Positions 27,664-38,544 are shown, numbered from the stretch's first letter. The stretch: 44,900 nucleotides of DNA from a bacterium HR26 (GCA_002898875.1 BEIC01000001.1:1-44900), one strand, 5' to 3'. A program made the numbers and translations. The notes: generated from the letters alone by a model not told the origin.

Positions 27664-29073
27664 TCACTCGACCGGAGGGCGGTGCTGCGCCCAGGGGCGA
27701 TGCCGCTCGAACGCCGCCGCGGCGCGCAGCACGGTCACATCGTCCCGCCAGCGACCGACGATCTGCAGACCGACCGGCAAGCCCTCGCTCGTAAAGCCGC
27801 AGGGGACCGTCGCTGCAGGTTGGCCGCTGAAGTTGAACGGGTAGGTGAACGGCGTCCAGGAGAGATACGTTGTCGCATGGCCAGCAATCTCGCCAGGATG
27901 ATCGGCTCCGGCCTCAAAGGCCGGAACCGGCACCGTCGGGCTGAGCAGGATATCGTAGCACTCCATCAGGCGACGCAGCCGATCGGCATAGGCCGAGCGT
28001 TCGGCGTAGGCCCATGCCAGATCGACGCCACTCGCCTTCCACCCGGCCTCGATCACGGCCAGCCGCCCCGGATCGAGGAGCTCCCGCACCTGCTCGAGGT
28101 CATGGCGATGCACGGCTGCCATCGCCGTCGACCAGATGAGCTCCAGCGTGGGATAGGGGTCCTCGAGCGGCTCGGGGAGCGCCTCCACCTCGCACCCCAG
28201 TTCGGTGAATGCCCGTGCCGCATCTTCGGCCAGCCGGGCAACCTCCGGATCCACCGGCAGATCACCCACTCTGGAGACCCAGCCGGCGCGCAGTCCAGCG
28301 ATCTCACCATTCAGGCTCGCCAGGTAGTCGATGCCCGTCGGATTGAGGGAGTTGCGATCCCGCGGATCCGGTCCCGCCATCACGTTCAGCATTAGGGCCG
28401 CGTCGGCCACCGTTCGGGTCATCGGGCCCATGTGCGCCAGGCTCTCCACCGCGCTCGGCGGGTAGTAGGGCACGAGTCCGAACGAGGGCTTGAAGCCGAA
28501 TATGCCGCAGAACGCGGCCGGGATGCGGATTGACCCTGCCCCGTCAGTTCCCTGAGCTAGCGGCCCGAGGCCAGCGGCGACGGCCGCAGCCGCTCCGCCG
28601 CTCGAGCCTCCGGCAGTGCGACCGATCTTCCACGGATTGTGGGTCGGCCCCACCACACGGTTCCCCGAATCACCCTTCCAGCCCAGCTCGGGCGTATTGG
28701 TCTTGCCGAGCAGCACCCCGCCCGCTGCATAGAGTCGCTCGACGACCGGTGCGTCCTCCTCGGGGATCCAGTCCTTCCAGAGCAGCGAGCCGCGAGTGGT
28801 GCGGATGCCGCGGGTCGGCGTCACGTCCTTGATCGATACCGGCACACCTAACAGCGGCGGCTGATCGTGGCCGGTCGCATAGGCCTGCTCCGCGTCCAGG
28901 GCTTGCTTTCGGGCCAGGTCAGCGGTCACGGTGATGAAGGCAGTGAGCCTGGGGTTGAGCCGCTCGATGCGCTCGAGGATCGCATCCGTGACCTCGACCG
29001 GGGAGAGCGACCGCTTGCGATAGAGCTCGCGTAGCTCGATCGCCGAGAGGTAGCACAGTTCTTCCTGCGACAT
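27664..29073 (-). CDS. Amidase signature family protein
   Basis: VSIKD, GKTNTPE, GGSSGG, GTDGAGSIRIPAA, GLPVGLQ. Confidence 0.92.
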   Translation of the reverse strand: MSQEELCYLSAIELRELYRKRSLSPVEVTDAILERIERLNPRLTAFITVTADLARKQALDAEQAYATGHDQPPLLGVPVSIKDVTPTRGIRTTRGSLLWKDWIPEEDAPVVERLYAAGGVLLGKTNTPELGWKGDSGNRVVGPTHNPWKIGRTAGGSSGGAAAAVAAGLGPLAQGTDGAGSIRIPAAFCGIFGFKPSFGLVPYYPPSAVESLAHMGPMTRTVADAALMLNVMAGPDPRDRNSLNPTGIDYLASLNGEIAGLRAGWVSRVGDLPVDPEVARLAEDAARAFTELGCEVEALPEPLEDPYPTLELIWSTAMAAVHRHDLEQVRELLDPGRLAVIEAGWKASGVDLAWAYAERSAYADRLRRLMECYDILLSPTVPVPAFEAGADHPGEIAGHATTYLSWTPFTYPFNFSGQPAATVPCGFTSEGLPVGLQIVGRWRDDVTVLRAAAAFERHRPWAQHRPPVE

Positions 29074-29090
29074 CCTGCTCCTCCACTCTC

Positions 29091-30122
29091 TCACACCTTG
29101 AAATGGGTGTATCCGCCCGGCTCGACGACCTCCAACTTGCCGAGCACGTTGCGCAGCTTGACCTGCGGCCCCTCCGTTCCCGCCTCGACGATCTGGCCGA
29201 TCCGGAACGGTGGTCTCAACCCGGCCCGGCGGAAGGCACGGCAGACGCGCTCGAAGACGTGCGGCGGCGCGGTGAAGAGCAGCTCGTAGTCGTCTCCACC
29301 CCGCAGGGCCAGGTCTCTCCAGTCCGAGAAACCCCACTTGATCGCGTTGGGGATGGGAAGACGAAACAGGTCGACAATGGCCGAAACGCCGCTCCGCTCG
29401 CAGATCTTCGGCAGATCACCCAGCAAGCCGTCGCTCAGATCCATCGCCGCGCGCACACCGCATCTCCGGAGCAGCAGGCCTTCCCGCACCCGCGGCTGGG
29501 GCCGGTGGTAGGCCTCCTGCATCGCCGGGCTACCGTCGAGCGTCTTCAGCCCCCGCTCCAGGACGCGCAACCCGGCAGCCGCCAGCCCCAGCGGCCCGGT
29601 CACGCCGATGAGATCGCCCGGGCGCGCCGCCGAACGGGTCAGGAGCGGGCGGCCGTCCTTCGGCACGTCTCCAACAACGGTAACGGCGATCACGACCCCG
29701 TTCGGCGCTCTCGTTGTGTCGCCGCCGGCGATCACCAGCCCGAAGCGCTGGCCTAGCTTGCGCGCGCTGCGGTAGAGATCGAGCACCTCCTGGTCGCGCT
29801 CCGAACCGCGCAGCCCCAGGTCGACGAACGCCAGGCGTGGCCGCGCGCCCATCGCCGCAAGATCGCTCAGGTTAACGGCCAGCGCCTTGTGTCCCAGCGA
29901 GCCCCAGTCGGTCCAATCGAGCCGGAAGTGAACGCGTTCGATGAGCACATCGGTGGTGATGACCACGTCGTGACCAGGACGCGGTCGCCAGGCCGCCGCG
30001 TCGTCGCCGATCCCGATTCGCAGCCGGCTCGAGGCCACGCTGCCGACCAGCCTGGTGATCTGATCGATCAGCGCGAACTCGCCGACCTCCCGCACCAGCC
30101 GACCACTCGAGGCCACCCGCAT
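29091..30122 (-). CDS. thiL: Thiamine-monophosphate kinase
   Basis: [41 protein letters not shown]. Confidence 0.95.
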   Translation of the reverse strand: MRVASSGRLVREVGEFALIDQITRLVGSVASSRLRIGIGDDAAAWRPRPGHDVVITTDVLIERVHFRLDWTDWGSLGHKALAVNLSDLAAMGARPRLAFVDLGLRGSERDQEVLDLYRSARKLGQRFGLVIAGGDTTRAPNGVVIAVTVVGDVPKDGRPLLTRSAARPGDLIGVTGPLGLAAAGLRVLERGLKTLDGSPAMQEAYHRPQPRVREGLLLRRCGVRAAMDLSDGLLGDLPKICERSGVSAIVDLFRLPIPNAIKWGFSDWRDLALRGGDDYELLFTAPPHVFERVCRAFRRAGLRPPFRIGQIVEAGTEGPQVKLRNVLGKLEVVEPGGYTHFKV

Positions 30123-30128
30123 ACTCGC

Positions 30129-31304
30129 TCATCCCCTTCGCTCGACGACTGCCGGCCGCGCCGGAGCGCGCTCCATCGCGCGGCGATACACTTCGAGCGT
30201 CTCGCGTGCCGTGCGCTCCCAGGAGAACGCGCGCGCCCGCTCCAGCCCCGCGGACGTGAGCTCCGCCCGCAGCCGGGGCGAGCTCGCCAGCTCACGGAGG
30301 GCTCGCGCTAGCGCGTCAGTATCGTGCGGATCGACCAGTATCGCCGCGTCGCCGGCCACCTCCGGGAGCGAGGAGGTCGCCGAGGTGATCACCGGCGTGC
30401 CGCAGGCCATTGCCTCCAGCACCGGCAGCCCGAAGCCCTCGTACAGTGAGGGATAGACGAAGACCGTCGCGGCGCTGTACCAGATCGGAAGCTCATCAGG
30501 ATTGATGTACCCGGTGAAGCGCACTCGGTCGGCCAGATCGAGCTCCCGCACCAGTTGAAAGATCTTGGATTCCCGCCAACCCCGTGCCCCGGCGACTACC
30601 AGCGGCAGCGACAGATCGGCACGCGCCCGGTCATACGCCCGCAGGAGCCCCTCGAGGTTCTTGCGCGGCTGCAGCGTGCCGAGGAAGAGGAAGAACTCGT
30701 TCGGCAGGCCGTGCGCCTGGCGGAAAGCCTGGAGCACACCGGCATCGCGCACTGGCCGGAGCGAGGCATCGACCCCGTTCGGCACCACGACGACCTTCTC
30801 CGGCCTCACCCCGCAGAGCTCGACCACGTCGGCGCGCGTCTGGCCGGACACAGCGATCACGAGGTCGGCACGTCGTGTCGAGCGTCTGGTCAGGGCAGCG
30901 AGATAGCGCTGCTTGAGCGGCGGGTAGTGCTCGGGATAGCGCAGGAAGGCCAGATCGTGCACCGTCAGCACCAGCGGCCGCGGCCCGGCGAGCGGAACCA
31001 CGTTGACCGGCGCATGGAGGAGGTCAAGCCGCCACCGACGCGTCGCAGCCCGAGCCAGGCACTGTTCCCACAAGATACGCACCGGCGGGCGTTGTGTCGG
31101 CAGGCGGCTCACCGCCCAGGTCACCCGCGTCACGATCTGCTCGCGCGCACAGCGAGACGCCGCTTTGTTCGTGAAGACAACCAGCTCGAGGCTGGGATCG
31201 GCATCTGGCAGAGAGCGAACCAGCGCCTCGATGTACCGGCTGACCCCGGCCCGCCGGTATCCCGGCGTGAACGAGAGCAGATGTCCCAAGAGACCAACGC
31301 GCAT
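30129..31304 (-). CDS. Glycosyltransferase family 4 protein
   Basis: [32 protein letters not shown]. Confidence 0.93.
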   Translation of the reverse strand: MRVGLLGHLLSFTPGYRRAGVSRYIEALVRSLPDADPSLELVVFTNKAASRCAREQIVTRVTWAVSRLPTQRPPVRILWEQCLARAATRRWRLDLLHAPVNVVPLAGPRPLVLTVHDLAFLRYPEHYPPLKQRYLAALTRRSTRRADLVIAVSGQTRADVVELCGVRPEKVVVVPNGVDASLRPVRDAGVLQAFRQAHGLPNEFFLFLGTLQPRKNLEGLLRAYDRARADLSLPLVVAGARGWRESKIFQLVRELDLADRVRFTGYINPDELPIWYSAATVFVYPSLYEGFGLPVLEAMACGTPVITSATSSLPEVAGDAAILVDPHDTDALARALRELASSPRLRAELTSAGLERARAFSWERTARETLEVYRRAMERAPARPAVVERRG

Positions 31305-31323
31305 GCCATCGCTCCTCGCGCCG

Positions 31324-31363
31324 ATTCTACCCGGCTCTCCGTCTCTGCTCACACTGCTATACT
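31324..31363. promoter_or_regulatory. Divergent -10 elements for the GT4 operon (minus, TAGAAT) and the helicase (plus, TGcTATACT)
   Basis: ATTCTA at 31324-31329 and TGCTATACT at 31355-31363 in the divergent intergenic gap. Confidence 0.45.
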
Positions 31364-31421
31364 GATGCAGATGGAGTGCCTCCCGCACGGCAGATGATCC
31401 AGGCAGGCAACGACGAGGGCG

Positions 31422-34253
31422 ATGACCAAGACAACGAGCGGTCAGGAGATCATCGAGCAGTTCGCGGTCTTCTACCCGTTCGCGCTCGACCGCTTTCAGA
31501 TCGAAGCCATCGAGACTTTCCTAGCCGGCGAGTCGGTGATGGTGGCGGCGCCGACCGGCACCGGCAAGACGGTGGTGGCCGAGTTCGGCGTCTACGAGTC
31601 GTTCCGGCGCGGCAGCCGGGTGATGTATACCACCCCGATCAAGGCGCTCAGCAACCAGAAGTTCCGCGACCTGCGAGCGATCTACGGCGACAACGTCGGT
31701 CTGCTGACCGGCGATGTCACCGAGAACCCGAACGCGCTCATCCTGGTGATGACCACCGAGGTGCTGCGCAACATGCTGCTCCAGACCCCATGGGAGCTGG
31801 ACAGCGTGGACTGCATCATCTTCGACGAGATTCACTACCTGGCCGACCCCGAGCGCGGCACCACCTGGGAAGAGTCGATCATCCTCTGCCCGGAGCATGT
31901 CCAGCTCATCTGCCTCTCGGCCACCGTCTCGAACGCGCAGGAGATCGCCGACTGGATCAGCCGCACACACCGACCGATCCGGCTGATCACGCACTACGAG
32001 CGAGCCGTCCCGCTCGCGCTCTACTACTTCTACGACCACAAGCTCCGGCTCGTGATCGACCACCACGGCACCCAGGTCAACGACTTCTCACGGGTAGGCG
32101 GTGAGATCCGGCAGCAGATGGCTCGTGGCGGGCTGACAGCGGAGCAGCGCCGCCAGGCCGAGGAGGCAGAGCCGCCGCCCTGGGAGATCGTCCAGGCACT
32201 GGCCGCCGAGGACATGCTGCCGGCGATCTACTTCCTCTTTAGCCGTCGCGACTGCGAGGACTACGCCCAGCGCCTGGCGATGATGCGGGTCAACCTCGTC
32301 CGCGATCGCTCGATCCGCGCGCGGATCGAGCAAGTGATCGATACCTTCCTCTCCGGCATGCGCACCGAAGACCGCGAACTCGCGCAGGTGCAGACGATCG
32401 TGAGCCTGGCGCGGCAGGGTATCGGCTTCCACCACGCCGGTTTGCTGCCGGTGCTCAAGCAGCTCGTCGAGGTGCTCTTCAGCCGCGGGCTGATGAAGGT
32501 CGTCTTCGCCACCGACACGCTGGCGCTCGGGGTCAACATGCCAGCGCGCACCGTCGTGATCGGCCGGATGACCAAGTGGGATGGCCGCCGACGCAGGCTG
32601 CTGACGCCGAACGAGTTCCAGCAGATGGCCGGGCGAGCCGGCCGGCGCGGGATGGACGAGCGCGGCAACGTGGTGGTGCCCTACAGCCCGTGGATCCCCT
32701 TCCGCGACGTCCTGGAGGTGGCCACCGGCGAGCTCGAGCCAGTGCGCAGCGCCTTCACGATCCGCTACAACACTGTGCTGAACCTTTGGGACCCGCCGCG
32801 CGGCGAGCGGGTTCGCCACCTCTTGATGGAGAGCCTGGCCCAGTATCAGGCCGCTCAGCGGGTGCGGCAGTTGGAGGACGACATCGTCGCGATCGGGGAG
32901 CAGATCGAGCAGATCCCGCGCGGCTGCCTGATCGGGCTGGACGGCGACGAGCTGCTCTACGAGTACCGCAAGCTCGTCGCCTCGCTCAACGCCGCGCGCG
33001 GCCAGGAGCGCCGGGCGCTCCAGGAACTGAAGTCGTTGACAGCCGATCTCGACGAGCGTCCCTGGGCCGTGCCGACGAGGCCCGTCCTGCGCCGCGCCTT
33101 CAAGACGCTGCCACCCGGCCACCCGCTTCACACCCGCGAACGTGGCTGGGTCATCTACCTCGGTCGCGGCGCACAGGGTGGAGTCGGGCTGGTGCTGACG
33201 CGGGCGCATGCAGTCGAGCTCCTGACGGAGTACCGGCAGATCGACTACCTGCCGATGGGGCTCACGCCGCTCGCGCTACCGGAGGCGCTCCTCACCGTCG
33301 AGCAGCCGCTCGAGGACGCCCGCCAGCTCGTCTCCGAGCAGGAGTTAGAGCAGATCTGGGAGGCCTTCGAGCAGCTCGAGCTGCCCGATCTCGACGCCAT
33401 GATCAAGGCTCACCGCACGGCGCTGGAAGAGCGCTTCGCTCACCAGCGAACGCGGATCGAGGACAAGGTGCAACGCCTGCGTGAAGAGGTGCACGAGCTG
33501 GCCCAGGCGCGGCACCGCCACCCCTGCCACACTTGTCCGCGCCGGAAAGAGCACCAGGGCTACCTAGCTACCATCGCGAGCCTGGAGCAGCGGCGGGCGG
33601 CACTGGAGCAACAGCTCAGTCGCGAGGTGGCGAACGAGGAGCGGCGGGTGCGCGAGCTCATTCGTGGCATCCGCCAGGTGCTGGAGTACTTCGGCTACCT
33701 GCACCACGGTTACCCGACGGCGAAGGCAGATACCCTGGCCGAGGTATTCGACACGAACGGGCTCGTGATCTGCGAGATGATCGACCGCGACTTCTTCAAG
33801 AACCTCGACCCGGCCGACACTGCCGAGGTCTTCTCCTGGTTCGCCTTCGACCGCGACGCGCGCTTCGCCAACAGCTTCGTGCTCCCCAGCCGGCTCGTCC
33901 TGCTGCGACGGCGGATCGACAGCCTGGAGCAGGAGATCTTCGAGGTCGAGAGGCGTAACGGCCTCTTCCTCACCACCGGCTACAGCTCAGGCTTCTACGG
34001 GGCGATGCGCGCCTGGTGCCACGGCGAGACGATGGCACGAATTCTGGAGCAGATCGAGCTCAGCGAGGGCGATATCGTGATGACCTTCAACAAGACGCTC
34101 GACCTGATGCGCCAGGTGCGGGAGATGCTCGAGCATGTGATGCCCGAGCATCCGCTGCGCGCGAACCTGGAGGCAGCCGAGGCACTGGTGCGACGCGACA
34201 TCATCGAGCAGTCGCTGCTGATCGGTGTGCTCCCAGTGCCCGGACCGGAATGA
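31422..34253 (+). CDS. Ski2/HelY-like DExH RNA helicase
   Basis: APTGTGKT, PIKALSNQK, DEIH, SAT, FHHAG, QMAGRAGRRG, and a DSHCT-like 'LSEGD' C-terminus. Confidence 0.93.
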   Translation: MTKTTSGQEIIEQFAVFYPFALDRFQIEAIETFLAGESVMVAAPTGTGKTVVAEFGVYESFRRGSRVMYTTPIKALSNQKFRDLRAIYGDNVGLLTGDVTENPNALILVMTTEVLRNMLLQTPWELDSVDCIIFDEIHYLADPERGTTWEESIILCPEHVQLICLSATVSNAQEIADWISRTHRPIRLITHYERAVPLALYYFYDHKLRLVIDHHGTQVNDFSRVGGEIRQQMARGGLTAEQRRQAEEAEPPPWEIVQALAAEDMLPAIYFLFSRRDCEDYAQRLAMMRVNLVRDRSIRARIEQVIDTFLSGMRTEDRELAQVQTIVSLARQGIGFHHAGLLPVLKQLVEVLFSRGLMKVVFATDTLALGVNMPARTVVIGRMTKWDGRRRRLLTPNEFQQMAGRAGRRGMDERGNVVVPYSPWIPFRDVLEVATGELEPVRSAFTIRYNTVLNLWDPPRGERVRHLLMESLAQYQAAQRVRQLEDDIVAIGEQIEQIPRGCLIGLDGDELLYEYRKLVASLNAARGQERRALQELKSLTADLDERPWAVPTRPVLRRAFKTLPPGHPLHTRERGWVIYLGRGAQGGVGLVLTRAHAVELLTEYRQIDYLPMGLTPLALPEALLTVEQPLEDARQLVSEQELEQIWEAFEQLELPDLDAMIKAHRTALEERFAHQRTRIEDKVQRLREEVHELAQARHRHPCHTCPRRKEHQGYLATIASLEQRRAALEQQLSREVANEERRVRELIRGIRQVLEYFGYLHHGYPTAKADTLAEVFDTNGLVICEMIDRDFFKNLDPADTAEVFSWFAFDRDARFANSFVLPSRLVLLRRRIDSLEQEIFEVERRNGLFLTTGYSSGFYGAMRAWCHGETMARILEQIELSEGDIVMTFNKTLDLMRQVREMLEHVMPEHPLRANLEAAEALVRRDIIEQSLLIGVLPVPGPE

Positions 34254-34260
34254 GCGCGAA

Positions 34261-34968
34261 CTAGCCGGACACCGCAAGGTGGTGGACAAGTCCTCTGAGC
34301 TCCTCGACGCTCAGCCCCTCGACAACCTGCCGGCTAAAGATGCGGGAGAAGCTCCGCACGACCTGCGCCTCTACTTCGGCCAGCGACACCGGGACGCCGA
34401 GCAGCCGGGTCAGCGAGGTGACGCCGCGATCGGGGATGCCACAGGGGATCATGTAGTCGAAGTAGCGGAGATCGGGGTCGACGTTCAACGCGAACCCATG
34501 GTAGGTCACGCCGCGGCTCACCGCGATACCGATGGCTGCGATTTTGTCGCGCCCCACCCAGACGCCGGGGTGAGCCGGGTCGATCGTCGCCTCGACGTCG
34601 AAGTGAGCCAGCGCCTCGATGATCGTACGCTCCAGCCGCTCGACGAAGCGACGAACACTCCGCTGCTCCCGGCCGAGGTCCATGATCACGTAGACCACGA
34701 GCTGGCCCGGACCGTGGAACGTGATATCGCCGCCGCGATCCACCGCGTAGAAGCGAGCGCCGATCGCCTCGAGCATGGCGTCGTTGATCAGCAGGTTCGA
34801 GCGGTGGCCGCCACGGCCGATGGTGTACGTCGGTGGGTGCTCGAGCAGCAACAGAAGATCGGGGATCGCCCCACGTCGCCGTGCGGTGGCGAGCGACCGC
34901 TGAAGCTGCCAGCACTCCAGGTAGTCGATCTGCCCTAGCCGCCCAACCTGAACTGCTGCCTCCGGCAT
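34261..34968 (-). CDS. lipB: Octanoyltransferase LipB
   Basis: LEHPPTYT.GR, DRGGDITFHGPGQLV.Y, KIAAIG, HGFALNV, IPCG. Confidence 0.95.
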   Translation of the reverse strand: MPEAAVQVGRLGQIDYLECWQLQRSLATARRRGAIPDLLLLLEHPPTYTIGRGGHRSNLLINDAMLEAIGARFYAVDRGGDITFHGPGQLVVYVIMDLGREQRSVRRFVERLERTIIEALAHFDVEATIDPAHPGVWVGRDKIAAIGIAVSRGVTYHGFALNVDPDLRYFDYMIPCGIPDRGVTSLTRLLGVPVSLAEVEAQVVRSFSRIFSRQVVEGLSVEELRGLVHHLAVSG

Positions 34969-35015
34969 ACTTCGCCGCTCACCTCGCATTGCCGATCGAG
35001 AATGGCAGCGGCTCG

Positions 35016-35948
35016 CTATGGAACGCCGGCCTCGCCGAGCCGGCGCCGCCGGAAGGCTGCGACCTGCTCGCCAGCCCGGTAGGACGAGCGAACCAGCGGC
35101 CCAGCCTCGACATGGCCGAAGCCGAGCTCGTAGCCGATCTCCCGCAGCTCGTCGAACTCCTCCAGGGTGTAGTAGCGGTCGAGCGGGTAGTGGCGCGGCG
35201 TCGGCGGCAGGTATTGGCCAATGGTCAAAATACCGACGTCCCGCTCCCGGAGATCGCGCATCACCTGCACGAGCTCCTCTTTCGTCTCTCCCATCCCGAC
35301 GATGAGCCCGGACTTAGTGATGATACCCGGGTCCATCGCCTTGACCTGGCTGAAGAGGTCGAGGCTCCACTCGTAGCGGTCCCAGGGCTGAATGCGCCGG
35401 AACAGCCGAGGCACGGTCTCCACGTTATGGGCGATCACATCTGGCCGAGCTTCCACCACCAGCCGGAGCGCGTCCCAGTTGCCCTGGAAGTCGGGGATCA
35501 GCACCTCGATCCCGCACTCCGGCAGCCGGCGGCGAATCTCTCGGATGGTAGCGGCGAAGATGCTGGCGCCACCATCGGGCAGATCGTCACGGTTGACCGA
35601 GGTGATCACAGCGAAGTCGAGGCCCATAGCAGCGATTGCCTCGGCTACCCGAACTGGCTCCTCGTAGTCAACAGTGTTCGAGCGTCCCCACCGCACATTG
35701 CAGAAACGACAGGCGCGGGTGCAGAGATCGCCCAGGATCATGACCGTGGCCGTGCGCTGGTTCCAGCACTCATAGATATTGGGGCAGCGCGCCTCTTCGC
35801 AGACGGTGTGGAGCGAGAGCCCCCGCATGATCCGCTTGAGATCGCGGTAGTTCTCCCCGTGCTCCCGGCGCACCTTGAACCATTCAGGTTTCTTCTGCAG
35901 AAGTATTGGCTGAATCGTCCGCGCCACGTCCCCGCTCCTCACCTGCAT
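35016..35948 (-). CDS. lipA: Lipoyl synthase
   Basis: CEEARCPNIYEC, CTRACRFC, HNVETV, RSSY. Confidence 0.97.
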   Translation of the reverse strand: MQVRSGDVARTIQPILLQKKPEWFKVRREHGENYRDLKRIMRGLSLHTVCEEARCPNIYECWNQRTATVMILGDLCTRACRFCNVRWGRSNTVDYEEPVRVAEAIAAMGLDFAVITSVNRDDLPDGGASIFAATIREIRRRLPECGIEVLIPDFQGNWDALRLVVEARPDVIAHNVETVPRLFRRIQPWDRYEWSLDLFSQVKAMDPGIITKSGLIVGMGETKEELVQVMRDLRERDVGILTIGQYLPPTPRHYPLDRYYTLEEFDELREIGYELGFGHVEAGPLVRSSYRAGEQVAAFRRRRLGEAGVP

Positions 35949-36018
35949 TCGCCGTCGCGCCCCGCCGAGCGGGCAGATCTACCAGAACTCTAGCACGGGA
36001 ACCGCCTAGCTGTCCGTC

Positions 36019-36438
36019 TCAACCCTCATCGCGGAGTGCGGCGAGCACGTGCTCATTCACGTCCTCGCCCAGCGCCAGCCCGTTGATCATTACGCTGATG
36101 CCGGTGAAGTAGTGCAGCACGGCCAGCGCCTCGACGAGCTGGGCACTGGAGACCCCGAGCTTCCTCAGGCGCGCGGTGTGAACCTTGACCCCGAATTCAT
36201 TGTTTGCCAGCGTGACGGCCGCCCAGGCCAGCCACTCCTTCAGCTCCGGCGAGAGCTCGCCCTGCTCCATGATGCGGGCACGCTGTTCGACGAGCGCTTC
36301 GAGGACGGCCGGGTTATGGGCGAAGGCCTTGTAGGCGTTCGGCACCCGCCCTGCCCCGAAGCCGGCCTTGATCCGCTCGTAGACGCGCCGCACTGGCTCT
36401 GGCGCGTCCTGCTCGTCGATCAAACGAACAGTCGCCAT
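36019..36438 (-). CDS. Carboxymuconolactone decarboxylase/AhpD-like protein lacking cysteines
   Basis: 'VPN.YKA.AH.P', 'LSPELKE', '...H...L..LG' family pattern; no Cys in the protein. Confidence 0.75.
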   Translation of the reverse strand: MATVRLIDEQDAPEPVRRVYERIKAGFGAGRVPNAYKAFAHNPAVLEALVEQRARIMEQGELSPELKEWLAWAAVTLANNEFGVKVHTARLRKLGVSSAQLVEALAVLHYFTGISVMINGLALGEDVNEHVLAALRDEG

Positions 36439-36511
36439 CGCGAAGGCGCCTCCCTTTCCATCCCACGCACACGAACCCAGCCGGCCACAGGGTGGGAACT
36501 GTGCGCCGCGC

Positions 36512-37000
36512 CTACCCTCGATCGGGCCGAGATCTCAGGTCCAGGATCATGACCTGGTGCTCGATATGGCCCATGTAGAAGCGCCGCCCGACCGGCTCAA
36601 AGCCGAGCCGGCGGTAGAAATCCAGCGCATGTGTCTGGGCGTTGAGCGTCACGTAGCGCGCCCCCTGTGCCTGGCTCCAGCGGATGAGGTGCTCCATAAT
36701 CGCTCGCCCCACGCCATGCCGCCGGTACGGTGCGAGCACCGCCACCCAAGCCACCTGGGCCTCATCGCCGAAGAGCGTAACCCGCCCGGTTCCCACCGGC
36801 TGGTCGTCGATGGTGGCGAGCACGTTCAGGCTGAAGGCATCGTCAGGATCGTCACGCACGTAGGGGGTGAGCTGTTGCTCGTGATGGAAGACCTCCTCGC
36901 GGATGGCGTAGACCGCCTCCAGATCCTCCGCCGTGCGCGCCGCTCGGACCTGAATAGCCGGCCTGGGCTCGCTTGCAGTCGTGTCCTTCAGTACCGTCAC
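36512..37000 (-). CDS. GNAT acetyltransferase (ElaA/YjcF-like)
   Basis: IREEVF..EQ, VAVL..YRRHGVG, LNAQ..A..FY.RLGF. Confidence 0.88.
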   Translation of the reverse strand: MTVLKDTTASEPRPAIQVRAARTAEDLEAVYAIREEVFHHEQQLTPYVRDDPDDAFSLNVLATIDDQPVGTGRVTLFGDEAQVAWVAVLAPYRRHGVGRAIMEHLIRWSQAQGARYVTLNAQTHALDFYRRLGFEPVGRRFYMGHIEHQVMILDLRSRPDRG

Positions 37001-38475
37001 AGCGCCGCTCCAGAGAGCAGGCGCGATTCGGCTGCCGCCAACCGCTGCCGCTCGACTTCAAGCCACGCGACTTCTTCGGCCAGCCGCGCTGCCGCATGTT
37101 CGAGTGCCTGGCTGACCTGCCCTGGTCCGGTACCGCCAGGGATCTCGCGAGCGCGGACGGCATCCCAGACGGTCAGCGGGGGTCGGCTCTCTGCCAGCAG
37201 CGTGTGGAACTGGCTCCACTCGGCCGGCGTGAGGTCGGGGAAGTCTTTCTTGTGCGCCTCGCAGTAGGCGACGATTCGCCCGACCAGCTCGTGCGCCTCC
37301 CGGAACGGCATCCCCTGCCGCACCAGATGGTCGGCGAGATCGGTGGCCAGACTGAAGCTTCCGGAGGCTGCCTCCGCCATCCGATCCGTGCGGAAGCGAA
37401 GCGTCCGCAGCATCGGTGGCAGCACCTGCAGGATGAGGGCAACAGTGTCGAAGGCGTCGAACACGCCTTCCTTATCCTCCTGCAGGTCCTTGTTGTAGGC
37501 CAACGGCAGCCCCTTCAGCACTGTGAGCAGGCCGGTTAGGTGACCGAGTACCCGGCCGGTCTTGGCACGGATCAGCTCGGCGACATCCGGGTTCTTCTTC
37601 TGGGGCATGATACTGCTGCCGGTCGCGTAGGCGTCGTCGATCTCCACGAAGCCGAACTCGCCGGTCGACCAGAGGATCAGCTCCTCCGCCAGGCGCGAGA
37701 GGTGCGTCATCAGCAGGCTGAGAGCGGCCAGAAACTCGACGACGAAGTCACGATCGGACACGGCGTCCAGGCTGTTCTCACAGATGCCGTCCATCGCCAG
37801 GAGATCAGCCACGTACTGGCGATCAACTGGATAGGTCACGCCCGCCAGCGCGCCCGAGCCCAGCGGGCACCGGTTGACACGACGGTAGAGATCGCGCAGC
37901 CGCTCGAGGTCGCGGAAGAGCATCGCCACGTAGGCGTGGAGATGATGGGCGAGCAGGATCGGCTGTGCCCGCTGCAGGTGGGTATACCCAGGCATCACCG
38001 TCTCGCGGTGCTGGTCGGCCAGCTCGAGCAGTGCCTGGATGACCTCGATGATCCCGTCACAAATCATCAGGATCGCGTCGCGGGTCCACAGCCGCAGGTC
38101 GAGCGCGACCTGATCGTTCCGGCTCCTAGCGGTGTGGAGCCGGCCCGCGGCCGGCCCGATCAGCTCCCGCAGGCGGCGCTCGATGCTGAGGTGGATATCC
38201 TCGTCCTCGAGGCGGAAATCGAACTCACCCTGCTGAATCTCGCGAAGGATGATCCCCAGGCCCTCGACGATCGCGACTGCGTCGATCTCCGGGATGATCC
38301 CCTGGCGTGCGAGCATCTGGACATGGGCTAATGAGCCCAGGATATCGTGGTAGGCCAGGCGACGATCGAACGAGATGGACGCGTTGAGCTCGTCGACCAG
38401 CCGGTCGGTGGGCTTGCTGAACCGCCCACCCCACAGCTTGAACGATGGCGAAGGTCGATTCAATTGCCCGCTCAA
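36997..38475 (-). CDS. argH: Argininosuccinate lyase
   Basis: KLWGGRF, HTARSRNDQ, PGYTHLQRAQP, GSSIMPQKKNPD, YNKDLQEDK. Confidence 0.98.
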   Translation of the reverse strand: MSGQLNRPSPSFKLWGGRFSKPTDRLVDELNASISFDRRLAYHDILGSLAHVQMLARQGIIPEIDAVAIVEGLGIILREIQQGEFDFRLEDEDIHLSIERRLRELIGPAAGRLHTARSRNDQVALDLRLWTRDAILMICDGIIEVIQALLELADQHRETVMPGYTHLQRAQPILLAHHLHAYVAMLFRDLERLRDLYRRVNRCPLGSGALAGVTYPVDRQYVADLLAMDGICENSLDAVSDRDFVVEFLAALSLLMTHLSRLAEELILWSTGEFGFVEIDDAYATGSSIMPQKKNPDVAELIRAKTGRVLGHLTGLLTVLKGLPLAYNKDLQEDKEGVFDAFDTVALILQVLPPMLRTLRFRTDRMAEAASGSFSLATDLADHLVRQGMPFREAHELVGRIVAYCEAHKKDFPDLTPAEWSQFHTLLAESRPPLTVWDAVRAREIPGGTGPGQVSQALEHAAARLAEEVAWLEVERQRLAAAESRLLSGAAL

Positions 38476-38544
38476 GTCCGGCGCTCCTCGTCCCTTGTCC
38501 CTTCTTGCTGCCCCGACGTTGCTCCGTAGCCCAGCCGGCTGGGA

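Noticed and set aside
27664-29073. gatA call for the amidase
   Set aside because: No gatB/gatC nearby, and it has TNTPELG rather than the GatA-type TNMDEFAMG.
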